From positions 124,080-188,079 of the forward strand of contig JAPLFO010000148.1 of assembly GCA_026390635.1 (NCBI GenBank): a stretch of DNA of 64,000 bases, given 5' to 3'. The notes below the pieces were generated by a model. It had not been told where the DNA came from. It was given only the letters and a program-made list of their open reading frames with translations, and made no database searches. The position numbers were made by a program, and so were the translations under genes. Shown here piece after piece: positions 19,063 to 28,680 of the stretch; within the stretch, counting starts at the first letter, position 1, and every line of letters begins with the position of its first letter. This DNA comes from Ignavibacteriales bacterium (GTDB lineage Bacteria; Bacteroidota; Ignavibacteria; UBA10030; UBA8401).

Positions 19063-19580
19063 ATGACTCATATGGCTGCAAAGTAGTTGTCGAGGGCGCC
19101 GGTTTTCTTCTCAACAACGAAATGGATGACTTCAGCGCCAAGCCCGGTGTTCCCAATCTCTATGGATTAGTCGGCAACGAGGCCAATGCAATTGCGCCGG
19201 GCAAGCGGATGCTGAGTTCGATGACGCCGACCATCGTTCTCAAAGACGGCAAACCCTGGCTTATTGTCGGATCTCCCGGCGGCCCCCAAATCATTACCAC
19301 AGTATTGCAGATTGTTTTGAATATGATCGAGAACCGGATGAACGTCCAAGAAGCCGTGGATGCGCCCCGCTTCCATCATCAATGGCTGCCCGACAAGATC
19401 GCATTCGAGAAGCGGGCTTTCCAGACCGATGTCATCGAACGGCTTTCATCAATCGGCCACACGCTTGATGAGACAGGCAGCATTATGGGCTCTGTGCAGG
19501 CAATTTTTTTCGATACAAAACACGGGCTGCTCCTGGGAGCATCGGATCCTCGCGGCTATGGCGAGGCGGTAGGATATTAG
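19059..19580 (+). CDS. ggt: Gamma-glutamyltranspeptidase, C-terminal (small-subunit) fragment. Same gene as 17866-19062.
   Basis: LNDSYGCKVVVEGAGFLLNNEMDDFS...GSPGGPQIIT are GGT small-subunit motifs. Inserting one C into the CCC run at 19027-19029 restores the single reading frame ...VADPLGNCVSVTTTLNDSYG... Confidence 0.8.
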   Translation: MNDSYGCKVVVEGAGFLLNNEMDDFSAKPGVPNLYGLVGNEANAIAPGKRMLSSMTPTIVLKDGKPWLIVGSPGGPQIITTVLQIVLNMIENRMNVQEAVDAPRFHHQWLPDKIAFEKRAFQTDVIERLSSIGHTLDETGSIMGSVQAIFFDTKHGLLLGASDPRGYGEAVGY

Positions 19581-19586
19581 ACCCGC

Positions 19587-21731
19587 ATGACTTTTCTCAA
19601 TCCACTGGTGCTCTTCGGGCTGGCCGCCGCTGCCATCCCCATCGTTCTTCATCTGCTGAATATCCGCAAATTGCGGATAATTGAATTCAGTACACTTCGG
19701 TTTCTGAAAGAATTGCAGAAAAACCGAATGCGCAAGATAAAACTGCGGCAATGGCTGCTACTGCTGCTACGAACACTGCTGATCGTTCTCGTTGTTCTCT
19801 CATTCTCCCGTCCGGCACTGCGCGGTTCCCTCGCCGGACTCGCATCGCACGCCAAAACGACGGTGGTGATCCTGCTCGACAATACCGCCAGCATGGCGGC
19901 ATCCAACGACCGCGGCAATTATCTTTTGCAGGCCAAGGAAGCGGCTCTCTCGATCTGCGGCCTACTCTCAGAAGGAGACGATGCATTTCTTCTTCGCCTT
20001 TCGGATGTTCCCTTATCCTCGTCTCCAACGCCGACGCATGATGTTTCTGCCTTGCGCGAAGCGATTATCCAGACAGAAATAGCACCGATCCATCGAACCA
20101 TTGATGACGGATTACGCGCCGCGGCGCAAGTGCTTGCACAGTCGAAGAACTTAAATCAGGAAATCCACGTACTGACGGATAATCGCCAGACGGCATACGC
20201 CTCGACGGCATCCGGGCAAGTACTCCCTCCGCGCGCAAAACTCTTTCTCTTGCCGCTGGCGGATAAATCAATGGAGAATGTGGGTATCGCATCAATCACG
20301 ATACCGCCGTCTATTCAACAGAAGGGAAAACAATTTCTTGTGAGAGCCGTCGCACACAACTACGGCACACGGCACGTCGAAAGCCTGTTGGTCAGTCTCT
20401 TTTTTGACGGCGCCCGCGTTGCCCAGAAAAATCTTTCCCTTGAAAGCGGCGAGAATGCAGTTGTCGAGTTCACAATTCTTCCGCAACGCACCGGTTTGTG
20501 CAGCGGCAGCATCCAGATCGATGATGACGATCTGGAATCCGACAATAGCGCTTCTTTCTCCGTCGCAATTCCCGATGTCGTTCAAACGTTGCTCATCGGG
20601 CCCGATCAAGAGTCCCTGCGATATCTTCGCCTTGCGTTGTCGGCTCCGCTTTCAGATAGCACGTCGGCCCGCATCGTTATCCGGGAAATCACGCCGGCAC
20701 AGATCACATCGCAGTTCCTCTCGCGCTCTGAGGTCATCATCCTCTGCAATATTCCTTCACTCACGGAAACGCAAACAGAACTTCTCTCTTCCGCCGTCCT
20801 GAACGACGGAAAAGGTCTGATTCTCTTTCCCGGCCTTCGTTGCGATGGACGGACGTGGAACAACACTCTTCTGCCGCGACTTGGACTCCCCGCCGCGGTG
20901 TGGAATGATACTGCGTTGCAGCGTTCGGGTGCGTTCCTCACGTTCGGCACGATTGACCGTGAACATCCGATCTTTCAAAGTATGTTTGATCGCCCTGCGA
21001 AGTCATCCGGAACCGTGATTGAATCGCCCCGCGTTACCGGACGGATGTATCTCGCCACCGAGCGTGGAATTCGTCCCATCATCACGCTTTCGGACAAGAA
21101 AAGTTTTTTGTGGGAGAAAGCTGCCGGCAGCGGTCTGATTCTGGGATTTGCCGTACCGCCGGAACCGACCTGGTCGGACTTTCCATTGAAGGGGATTTTC
21201 CTTCCATTGATGCACCAAACTATCTTCTACGCCGCTCAAGGTTCTGGTAACAACGGATCACCCGGCGATATCCTCGCAGGTGGCCGGTTTGATCTTCCTT
21301 TATCCCGCCTGCATCGACAGACAACATCCCGGCAGTTGACAGTCGTCTCGCCGGATACAACGGAGGAGCTCGTCACGCCGTACAACGTGAATCGCGGCAG
21401 CAGCATCACTCCGTTGATTTCTCTGGAACACCTTCGCATCCCTGGACTATATGTCATTCGCCAAGGGCGAGAGACGGTCGCACTGCTGTCGGTGCAGGCT
21501 GATCCACTCGAATCCGACGGAACACTTGCAGAGTCCAGTGCGCTAACAGCATCGGCAGTCCGGATGGGAATTCCGCCGGCAGCGGTAACAACGATAAGGA
21601 ACAAAGAACAGATCACATCAGCGGTGCTTCAGACCCGGTACGGCATTGAGCTCTGGATGCACTTTTTACTCGCAGCGCTTGTTGTGGCAATTATTGAAAT
21701 GATTGTAGCACGGGAATCACAACATGACTAG
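19587..21731 (+). CDS. BatA-like protein with N-terminal double-transmembrane domain (aerotolerance-operon type) and a C-terminal TM anchor
   Basis: MTFLNPLVLFGLAAAAIPIVLHLLN...LRQWLLLLLRTLLIVLVV matches the N-terminal double-TM domain family. It is a large extracytoplasmic protein with a terminal TM segment. Confidence 0.65.
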   Translation: MTFLNPLVLFGLAAAAIPIVLHLLNIRKLRIIEFSTLRFLKELQKNRMRKIKLRQWLLLLLRTLLIVLVVLSFSRPALRGSLAGLASHAKTTVVILLDNTASMAASNDRGNYLLQAKEAALSICGLLSEGDDAFLLRLSDVPLSSSPTPTHDVSALREAIIQTEIAPIHRTIDDGLRAAAQVLAQSKNLNQEIHVLTDNRQTAYASTASGQVLPPRAKLFLLPLADKSMENVGIASITIPPSIQQKGKQFLVRAVAHNYGTRHVESLLVSLFFDGARVAQKNLSLESGENAVVEFTILPQRTGLCSGSIQIDDDDLESDNSASFSVAIPDVVQTLLIGPDQESLRYLRLALSAPLSDSTSARIVIREITPAQITSQFLSRSEVIILCNIPSLTETQTELLSSAVLNDGKGLILFPGLRCDGRTWNNTLLPRLGLPAAVWNDTALQRSGAFLTFGTIDREHPIFQSMFDRPAKSSGTVIESPRVTGRMYLATERGIRPIITLSDKKSFLWEKAAGSGLILGFAVPPEPTWSDFPLKGIFLPLMHQTIFYAAQGSGNNGSPGDILAGGRFDLPLSRLHRQTTSRQLTVVSPDTTEELVTPYNVNRGSSITPLISLEHLRIPGLYVIRQGRETVALLSVQADPLESDGTLAESSALTASAVRMGIPPAAVTTIRNKEQITSAVLQTRYGIELWMHFLLAALVVAIIEMIVARESQHD

Positions 21732-23007
21732 TGTTCGAAAAGTGAAGCGCGAACGCGCGATAATTGTCGGTATTGTCACATCCGATGTTCGCCGCGAACA
21801 GGCCACTGAATATCTCGATGAACTGACGCTATTGGCCGATACAGCCGGCGCGGAGGTAATTCACCGCGTTGTCCAGGAACGCAACGCGATTGATCCTTCC
21901 CTCTACATTGGCAAGGGAAAAGTAGAACAGATTGCCGCTCTGGCGGAAGACGATGACGTTTCCCTGATTATTTTTGATGACGATCTCTCTCCGGCACAGG
22001 TCAAGAATCTTGAAGAACGGATCAAACGCAAAATTGTCGATCGGAGCGGATTGATTCTCGATATCTTCGCGCGCCGCGCCCGTACCAGTGAAGCGCGTAC
22101 ACAGGTTGAGCTCGCACAGCTTGAGTATCTCCTTCCCCGCCTGACCCGGCAGTGGACCCACCTTTCCAAGCAATATGGCGGTATCGGAACAAAGGGACCC
22201 GGAGAAACACAGATTGAAACAGACCGGCGTCTTGTGCGGACGCGGATTTCACATCTCAAAGAGAAATTGGATCAAATCAGCCGTCAGCGCGCGACCCGGC
22301 GGCGGCGCAGGAAAGAGCTCCCGACCGCAGCGCTCGTCGGCTATACCAATGCCGGAAAATCCACACTGATGAATGCGCTGGCTGATGCAGGTGTCTTCGT
22401 CGAAAATCGGCTCTTCGCAACGCTGGATACGACAACACGCAGGGTCACCATCGCCCCCAATTCCTCCGCCCTATTGTCCGACACCGTCGGATTCATCCGG
22501 AAACTTCCCGCACATCTGGTTGCATCATTCAAGAGTACGCTGGAGGAAGTCGTCGAGGCGGACTTGCTGCTGCATGTCGTGGATATTGCTCATTCGGGAT
22601 TTGAAGAGCACATAGAGGTTGTGAAGAAAACCCTGGAAGATTTGGGCGCCGGTCAGAAGCCGGTGTTGTACGTCTTCAACAAGACAGATGCGCTGGAGGA
22701 TCGTGCAATCCTCACATCGCTCAGTGCCCGCTTTTCACCGTCGCTTGCGATTTCCGCGCAGCGCGGAATCAATCTGGTAACGCTTCGCGAGCGCATCAGC
22801 GAACTCCTCCGCCGGTCGCGCGGAGAAGAAGACTATATCATACCGTACGAAAAGCAGCAGCTGATGGAGCAAATTCCTGCCTTCGGGACCATTGTTGCAA
22901 CGGCATACGAAGAAGAACGGATTCACGTCCGTGTGCGTACCAATGCCGAGGGACGAAAGAAGATTGCCGCCCTTCTCTCCCCCAAATCCCGCCGGAAGAA
23001 GAGCTGA
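21724..23007 (+). CDS. hflX: GTPase HflX
   Basis: HflX N-domain plus a G-domain with GYTNAGKSTLMNAL, LFATLDTTTR and NKTD. It overlaps the stop of the upstream gene by 8 nt. Confidence 0.9.
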   Translation: MTSVRKVKRERAIIVGIVTSDVRREQATEYLDELTLLADTAGAEVIHRVVQERNAIDPSLYIGKGKVEQIAALAEDDDVSLIIFDDDLSPAQVKNLEERIKRKIVDRSGLILDIFARRARTSEARTQVELAQLEYLLPRLTRQWTHLSKQYGGIGTKGPGETQIETDRRLVRTRISHLKEKLDQISRQRATRRRRRKELPTAALVGYTNAGKSTLMNALADAGVFVENRLFATLDTTTRRVTIAPNSSALLSDTVGFIRKLPAHLVASFKSTLEEVVEADLLLHVVDIAHSGFEEHIEVVKKTLEDLGAGQKPVLYVFNKTDALEDRAILTSLSARFSPSLAISAQRGINLVTLRERISELLRRSRGEEDYIIPYEKQQLMEQIPAFGTIVATAYEEERIHVRVRTNAEGRKKIAALLSPKSRRKKS

Positions 23008-23020
23008 ATGCGCGCTCCCT

Positions 23021-23200
23021 TTACGAATGCTCGTGAATCTCGTATCTGAGCGAGATGCGCTTCGTTGAACCATGAATCTTCCGGCCTGATTCGATGACTG
23101 CTTCCAGCGATGTCGAACCGGGAAGCTCTTCTATCAGTTCTTTGATCTTTCGGCCGCAACGGTCCAGTACTTTTATTTCAATCCGATATTGTTTTTCCAT
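23021..23200 (-). CDS. Small hypothetical protein (59 aa), convergent with hflX
   Basis: ATG...TAA ORF translating to MEKQYRIEIKVLDRCGRKIKELIEELPGSTSLEAVIESGRKIHGSTKRISLRYEIHEHS. It is not in the supplied ORF track, probably because it falls just below the apparent 60-aa cutoff. No family was recognised. Confidence 0.3.
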   Translation of the reverse strand: MEKQYRIEIKVLDRCGRKIKELIEELPGSTSLEAVIESGRKIHGSTKRISLRYEIHEHS

Positions 23201-23411
23201 CGCAGTGACTTAATGTGCACGGACTGTGCCAACGCTTGGACAGGAAAAACGGCTCTTGGGAGGTCTTTTTTGCTCCATCCCTGGCTCCGTGGATGTAGTT
23301 TCTACAATGGATGAGGATTGGGTCTGCTATGAAGAGAGAGAGAGGATGGCGTCGATCATCATTTCGAGGAAAGACGTGGAACTTTTCTGCTATTGCACAC
23401 GAAGGATCTTC

Positions 23412-24683
23412 TTATTTTCTTCGCTTAATTGTTACGACTGTCTTGTCGTCGGAGTACTTGCTCTTTGCGCTGAATTTTAGAACATCTTCAATAATCAACT
23501 GCGTAATCTCCTTGGCGCTTTTCGAGGATTGCTCCCGTATCAATTGCGCCAGTCGCTGCTCGGTGTACATCTTTCCCTCGATATCCATCGCTTCCGAAAC
23601 ACCGTCTGTATAGAGGACGAGAACGTCTCCTTTTGAAATCATGACCCCTTCGCTTCGGTACCGCTGATCGGGAAACGGTCCGAGAATTTGGCCGGTGGCT
23701 TCCAGAAACTCAAACGATTGCGTCTTCGGATGATAAAGGATGGGAGCGTTGTGTCCGGCGTTCGCGTATACACACAATCCTTTTTTGTCGTTGGAGAGCT
23801 CCGCATAGAACAGCGTCAAAAAACGCTCGTCGGAAAATGTCCGGTGCACCAATCCGTTGATGCGGCGCATCAGTGAACTGATTTTTGTTTCGTACTCGGC
23901 CCCCATGCGCAGGGCTCCCGAAACGTACAGTGCCTGCACTGCCGCGGACATTCCTTTGCTTGCCGCATCGCCGATCACAATACCGATACGGTCATCGTCC
24001 ACACTTTCGATGTAATCGAAAAAATCGCCGCCGACGATTCTGTCCGCAATGGAAACGCCGAACATCTCATAACCATGAAAGACTTTTTCGTGTTCCGGCA
24101 AAATGCTCTTCTGGATATCGCCTGCTTTGTCGAGATCTTTTTGAAGGAGCTGCTGCTTCCGTTCCACATGACGGTTGCGAAGAATGGTGGTGACGGCGAC
24201 GCCGATAATATTCAGCGTCGGCACCATCTCCTCCTGATGCAGGGTGGTGTTGAATGAAATGACATAGGGAAAGAGTCGCGTTCCCTTCACCGTGACCAAT
24301 TCTCCGACACCGGTGGCGGAAAACCGTTTGACTCCTTTTTCACGCAGATACGTATTGGTTTCGTTTCCCAAGATCGTTCTTTGATCCGGTAACTGCTTAA
24401 ACAGCCGGTAGTCGTCCACCTTGATAGAATAGTTGGGTTTGATCTTCTCCACCACTCCGACCTGCCCGGCCAATTCATAGGAGTATTTCAGTTGGTTAAG
24501 CCTCCAGAGGCGCCCGCCGGTAATTTCTAGACGATCGGTTTGCACAATGTGATGCAGCACGTGCAATAAAAGTTCCTGGCTTGATTCGAAGTGGGCGTTG
24601 GCAAAGCCTTCGATTGTTTTGTATAGTTTGCGTTGATTCATAAGTGATGGCGTCGGATTGTTGATGGTCTTATAATATACCAA
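23412..24683 (-). CDS. PP2C-type serine phosphatase (SpoIIE/RsbU family) with an N-terminal GAF-like sensor domain
   Basis: The C-terminal PP2C motifs GGDFFDY, GIVIGDAASKG and VLYTDGVSEA are present. The N-terminal approx. 170 aa are GAF-like. Confidence 0.8.
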   Translation of the reverse strand: MVYYKTINNPTPSLMNQRKLYKTIEGFANAHFESSQELLLHVLHHIVQTDRLEITGGRLWRLNQLKYSYELAGQVGVVEKIKPNYSIKVDDYRLFKQLPDQRTILGNETNTYLREKGVKRFSATGVGELVTVKGTRLFPYVISFNTTLHQEEMVPTLNIIGVAVTTILRNRHVERKQQLLQKDLDKAGDIQKSILPEHEKVFHGYEMFGVSIADRIVGGDFFDYIESVDDDRIGIVIGDAASKGMSAAVQALYVSGALRMGAEYETKISSLMRRINGLVHRTFSDERFLTLFYAELSNDKKGLCVYANAGHNAPILYHPKTQSFEFLEATGQILGPFPDQRYRSEGVMISKGDVLVLYTDGVSEAMDIEGKMYTEQRLAQLIREQSSKSAKEITQLIIEDVLKFSAKSKYSDDKTVVTIKRRK

Positions 24684-24990
24684 ATTTCTCTCAACATATG
24701 GAAACGCCAGGTTCCAGTATCATGCGCAAGATTGCCTGTGCCGCTGCCCGCGGTGCAGCAAGGGCATCCCCTACCGGGGGATGTCTCACTATGACCGCCT
24801 CGGAGACGCCCGCCGATCAGTACGGTACCATCATCTCCACCCTGTCGAGACTGCGGTCCGCAAATGCACGGGATCGTCGCCGTGTGCAAAAAATATTACA
24901 GATAAGAAAAAAACTGCAACAATTGTTTCACTATGGACTCCCATGAAAAATATCCCTAACTTTGGTCATTCAATTCTGAAGGAGCCTTTC

Positions 24991-26208
24991 ATGAGCGTCA
25001 GCCAGTTAGCAAAATCCATTCCGCAGTCGCCAACGCTGAAGTTGACCGAGCAGGCCCGTCTTCTGCGGGAGCGGGGCGAGGCGGTTATTCACCTCGGTGC
25101 GGGTGAGCCAAAAAACAAAGCCCCGATGAGTGCCATCCTTGCAGCGGCATCCAAGCTGAATCCCGGCGACATCAAATATACGCCGGCAGACGGAATCCCG
25201 TCCCTCAAACGTGCCATCATTCGCTATACGGAAGAGAACTACGACAAGCTCGTGGCTCCCGAAAATATCATTGTTTCCGCGGGAGCAAAGCAGTCGGTTT
25301 TCAATGTTCTCTATTCCATCGTCAATCCACAGGACGAGATCATCATTCTCGCTCCGTACTGGGTCAGCTATCCCGAGATGGTCAGAATGGTAATGGGTGT
25401 GCCCGTTATCGTAAAGCCGGAGGACGGCAGCTTCTGTCCCCGCTTCGAAGACGTCGTGAATGTGATGAGCCCTAACACAAAGGCGATCATCGTCAACAGC
25501 CCGAACAATCCGTCAGGAATGATGTATTCCGCGGAGTTTGTTGAACAGATTATCCGGCACTGTGAGAAGAAGGGTATTTATGTTATCATGGACGATATCT
25601 ATCACAAGCTTGTCTTCGACGGTAAGAAGACACCGTCCTGTTTTCAATACACAGACAAGGATATCGAAAGTTCGCACATCATTGCCATCAATGGCGTATC
25701 CAAATTGTACGGCATGACTGGGTTCCGCATCGGCTGGGCAATCGCGAGCAGAAGTCTCGTCGAGATCATGACAAACGTTCAAGGACAAATTACCACCTGC
25801 GTTTCGATCTTGCTCCAGGCCGGGGCCGAGGGCGCCATGACAGGGATTCAGAGTTCGGTCGAGAGCCTGCGTTTGCAGTTGGAGAATAATCGCAACGTGA
25901 TGCTGCAGGAACTGAGTTCTTTTACAGGAGTAAAAACTGTGAAGCCGGACGGTACCTATTACTGCCTGCCGGATTTCCGCGCTTATTCAAATTCATCGAT
26001 TGAGCTAAGCAACATGCTTCTAAAGAAAGCGCTGGTGGTGACCGTGCCGGGAAAAGAATTTGGCATGGAGGGGTATTTGAGGTTGAGTTACGCCGGAACC
26101 ATCAAGGAAATCACCGAAGGGATCTCGCGCATCAAGTGGGCGCTCGATCCGAATGCACCTAATGAAATCTATGTCGGCGACCGAAAACTTGTGAGGGACT
26201 GGCTATGA
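24991..26208 (+). CDS. Pyridoxal-phosphate-dependent aminotransferase, class I (aspartate/aromatic aminotransferase-like)
   Basis: Start is reset to MSVSQLAKS after a GAAGGAG RBS. It has the NSPNNPSG motif and the PLP-lysine region SKLYGMTGFRIGW. An ATGA overlap links it to the downstream pckA. Confidence 0.85.
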   Translation: MSVSQLAKSIPQSPTLKLTEQARLLRERGEAVIHLGAGEPKNKAPMSAILAAASKLNPGDIKYTPADGIPSLKRAIIRYTEENYDKLVAPENIIVSAGAKQSVFNVLYSIVNPQDEIIILAPYWVSYPEMVRMVMGVPVIVKPEDGSFCPRFEDVVNVMSPNTKAIIVNSPNNPSGMMYSAEFVEQIIRHCEKKGIYVIMDDIYHKLVFDGKKTPSCFQYTDKDIESSHIIAINGVSKLYGMTGFRIGWAIASRSLVEIMTNVQGQITTCVSILLQAGAEGAMTGIQSSVESLRLQLENNRNVMLQELSSFTGVKTVKPDGTYYCLPDFRAYSNSSIELSNMLLKKALVVTVPGKEFGMEGYLRLSYAGTIKEITEGISRIKWALDPNAPNEIYVGDRKLVRDWL

Positions 26209-26498
26209 ACAACATTCTCGATATCAAAACACCCACCCAGCCCGAGGCAGCCGCCTACAAAAGCGACTACGGCCTCGAGAACCACGGCATTACCAATGCA
26301 CGAATGGTGTACTGGAGCCTGCCAAGCGAGGCGCTGTATGAAGAAATCGCCTTCCGTAATGAAGCAAAGATTTCCCGTCTCGGCCCGGTTGTTGCAAACA
26401 CCGGAAAACATACCGCACGGTCGGCCAACGACAAATTTATTGTCAAGGAACCCGATACCCAGGACAAAATCTGGTGGGGCCAGTATAACACAATTTGA
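26205..26498 (+). CDS. pckA: Phosphoenolpyruvate carboxykinase (ATP), N-terminal fragment. It continues in another frame.
   Basis: The [15 protein letters not shown]...KIWWG N-terminal motifs of ATP-dependent PEPCK are present. A stop follows WWGQYNTI. Confidence 0.75.
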   Translation: MNNILDIKTPTQPEAAAYKSDYGLENHGITNARMVYWSLPSEALYEEIAFRNEAKISRLGPVVANTGKHTARSANDKFIVKEPDTQDKIWWGQYNTI

Positions 26499-27820
26499 TG
26501 ACGCGCATTCAGGGATATCTGCAGGGACGCGACCTTTTTGTTCAGGACTGTTTTGCGGGCGCCGACGAGGACTATCGCCTGCCAATCCGCATCATCAGCG
26601 AGAAAGCTTGGCACAGTTTGTTTGCCCGCAACATGTTCATCCTTCCGAAAACCAGGGAAGAATACCGAAGACACATCCCCGAGTTTACCGTCATCGCCGT
26701 TCCGGGCTTCAAAGGAATGCCGCAGGTCGATTCAACAAATACGGAAACGTTTATCGCGGTCAATTTTTCTCAAAAACTGTGCGTGATTGGCAATACTGCA
26801 TACGCCGGCGAAATCAAAAAGTCCGTTTTCACTATTCTCAATTACTTACTTCCGTTGGAAGGGGTAATGTCGATGCACAGTTCGGCCAATATCGGCCCGG
26901 ACGGGGATTCGGCTATCTTCTTCGGCCTTTCCGGAACCGGAAAAACGACACTTTCCGCCGATCCCACGCGGGGGTTGATCGGCGATGATGAACATGGTTG
27001 GAGTGATCGGGGTGTGTTTAATATTGAGGGTGGATGTTATGCAAAAGTGATCCGCCTCTCCGAGACTGCCGAACCGGAAATCTATGCAACGACAAAAATG
27101 TTCGGAACAATTCTCGAGAACGTCGTCTTCGATCCGATCACCCGGATGATTGATCTGGATGATGAATCCATTACCGAAAACACGCGTGCATCCTATCCGC
27201 TGGAATATATTCGCAATGCGGTCCCATCAAAAATGGGGGGGCATCCGAAAAATATTATTCTGCTGACGTGCGATGCGTCAGGCGTGATGCCTCCGATCGC
27301 GCGATTGACAACCGATCAGGCGTTGTATCAGTTCATTTCCGGCTACACGTCGAAAATCGCCGGCACAGAAGTGGGTCTCGGCAAAGAACCGGAAATGACC
27401 TTCAGCACATGTTTTGGCGCACCGTTCATGGTACATCATCCTTCCTTCTATGCGGATTTGTTGAAACGGAAGATTGATCGCTATCAGGTCAATTGCTGGC
27501 TGGTCAACACCGGCTGGATTGGCGGTGCGTATGGTGTCGGCAAGCGCATCAGTATTAAACACACACGTGCATTGCTGAACGCAGCGCTGAGCGGAAAACT
27601 GCTCCATGCGAAATATGTCAAGGACCCGGTTTTCGGATTTGAAGTGCCAACAACCTGCGACGGAGTTCCTGCGAATGTGATGGATCCCGCTGGTTCATGG
27701 CACAGCAAAGAAGCCTATATGCAAAAATACCACCAACTGGCGCAGCGTTTTGTTGACAACTTCAAGAAATTTGAAGATGGCTGTACACCAGAAGTCATCG
27801 CGGCGGGTCCGAAAATTTAG
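26495..27820 (+). CDS. pckA: Phosphoenolpyruvate carboxykinase (ATP), main catalytic fragment. Same gene as 26205-26498.
   Basis: [46 protein letters not shown], the kinase-1a P-loop [11 protein letters not shown] and the GDDEHGW motif are all present. Adding one T to the TTT run at 26494-26496 fuses both fragments in frame. Confidence 0.85.
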   Translation: MMTRIQGYLQGRDLFVQDCFAGADEDYRLPIRIISEKAWHSLFARNMFILPKTREEYRRHIPEFTVIAVPGFKGMPQVDSTNTETFIAVNFSQKLCVIGNTAYAGEIKKSVFTILNYLLPLEGVMSMHSSANIGPDGDSAIFFGLSGTGKTTLSADPTRGLIGDDEHGWSDRGVFNIEGGCYAKVIRLSETAEPEIYATTKMFGTILENVVFDPITRMIDLDDESITENTRASYPLEYIRNAVPSKMGGHPKNIILLTCDASGVMPPIARLTTDQALYQFISGYTSKIAGTEVGLGKEPEMTFSTCFGAPFMVHHPSFYADLLKRKIDRYQVNCWLVNTGWIGGAYGVGKRISIKHTRALLNAALSGKLLHAKYVKDPVFGFEVPTTCDGVPANVMDPAGSWHSKEAYMQKYHQLAQRFVDNFKKFEDGCTPEVIAAGPKI

Positions 27821-27842
27821 AGTAGTATTGTGCAGAAATGAA

Positions 27843-27872
27843 GAAGCCATCTCGTCGAGATGGCTTCTTTTT
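27843..27872 (+). terminator. Rho-independent terminator after pckA
   Basis: GAAGCCATCT-cgtcg-AGATGGCTTC followed by TTTTT. Confidence 0.7.
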
Positions 27873-27899
27873 CGATCGCTTTTTCATGCAAGGATGCCC

Positions 27900-28202
27900 T
27901 CAGGAACCTTGTGGGGGTGCCGCCTTCTCCGGTGTTGAACTAGCCGGAACCGCCTCTTTTTTTTCAGTTGATTCTGATGAATTCCCCGAGGACCCGCTCG
28001 ATGCCGGCGATGAGACGCTCTTTTTGTAGTCTGTCAAATAGAAACCACTCCCTTTGAAAATCATTCCTGTACCCGTACCGATCAACCGCACCAGATTCGG
28101 TGTATGGCATGACGGACATTCTATCAGCGGAGCCTCAGACATCGTCTGCAACTCATCGAACAGATAATTGCAGCTCTTGCATTTATACTCATATGTCGGC
28201 AT
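27900..28202 (-). CDS. FmdB-family zinc-ribbon protein (second copy in the window) with a low-complexity Ser/Pro/Glu-rich tail
   Basis: MPTYEYKCKSCNYLFDE...IECPSCHTPNLVRL, two CxxC pairs. Its start overlaps the 3' end of coaD. Confidence 0.7.
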   Translation of the reverse strand: MPTYEYKCKSCNYLFDELQTMSEAPLIECPSCHTPNLVRLIGTGTGMIFKGSGFYLTDYKKSVSSPASSGSSGNSSESTEKKEAVPASSTPEKAAPPQGS

Positions 28203-28680
28203 TCATTTTCCTTTTCAATTGCAGATAGACATTCGGCGGTACAAATTGTTTGTATTTTCCATTCAACCGTGCCACTTCCCGCACAATACTCGATGTCAGA
28301 TATGTGTACTTCTCATGCGGCATCAGGAAAACGGTCATGATGCTCTCTTCCTGCTTGCGATTCATCAGTGCCATCTGGAATTCGTATTCGAAGTCCGACG
28401 TTGCGCGCAAGCCGCGGATCAGCGCTGTGGCTTTTCTCTTGCGTGCAAGCCGAACGAGCAATCCGTCAAAGCTCTCCACCGTCACATTGTTGAACCGCTT
28501 CTGCCGGATGACTGTCTGAATCATCTCCACACGTTCTTCAACACCAAACAGCGGCGATTTGTTCGCATTCACCGCTACCGTCACAACAACCTTGTCGAAC
28601 AGGTCCCGGGCTCTGTCGATAATATCGATATGTCCGTTTGTGATCGGGTCAAACGTACCCGGATAGAGCGCTATTTTCAT
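28189..28680 (-). CDS. coaD: Phosphopantetheine adenylyltransferase
   Basis: MKIALYPGTFDPITNGHIDII is a hallmark (H/T)xGH nucleotidyltransferase N-terminus. Length 163 aa. Confidence 0.92.
   Translation of the reverse strand: MKIALYPGTFDPITNGHIDIIDRARDLFDKVVVTVAVNANKSPLFGVEERVEMIQTVIRQKRFNNVTVESFDGLLVRLARKRKATALIRGLRATSDFEYEFQMALMNRKQEESIMTVFLMPHEKYTYLTSSIVREVARLNGKYKQFVPPNVYLQLKRKMNADI

Noticed and set aside
17866-19580. Calling ggt and pckA genuine pseudogenes or programmed frameshifts
   Set aside because: Both breaks are fixed by one base in a homopolymer, and no slippery heptamer or stimulatory structure is evident. Sequence error or a simple mutation is more parsimonious than recoding.
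26296-26988. 230-aa plus-strand ORF overlapping pckA in a third frame
   Set aside because: The PEPCK motifs read in the other two frames. This frame only coincidentally spans the frameshift site and has Arg/Gly-rich low-complexity translation.
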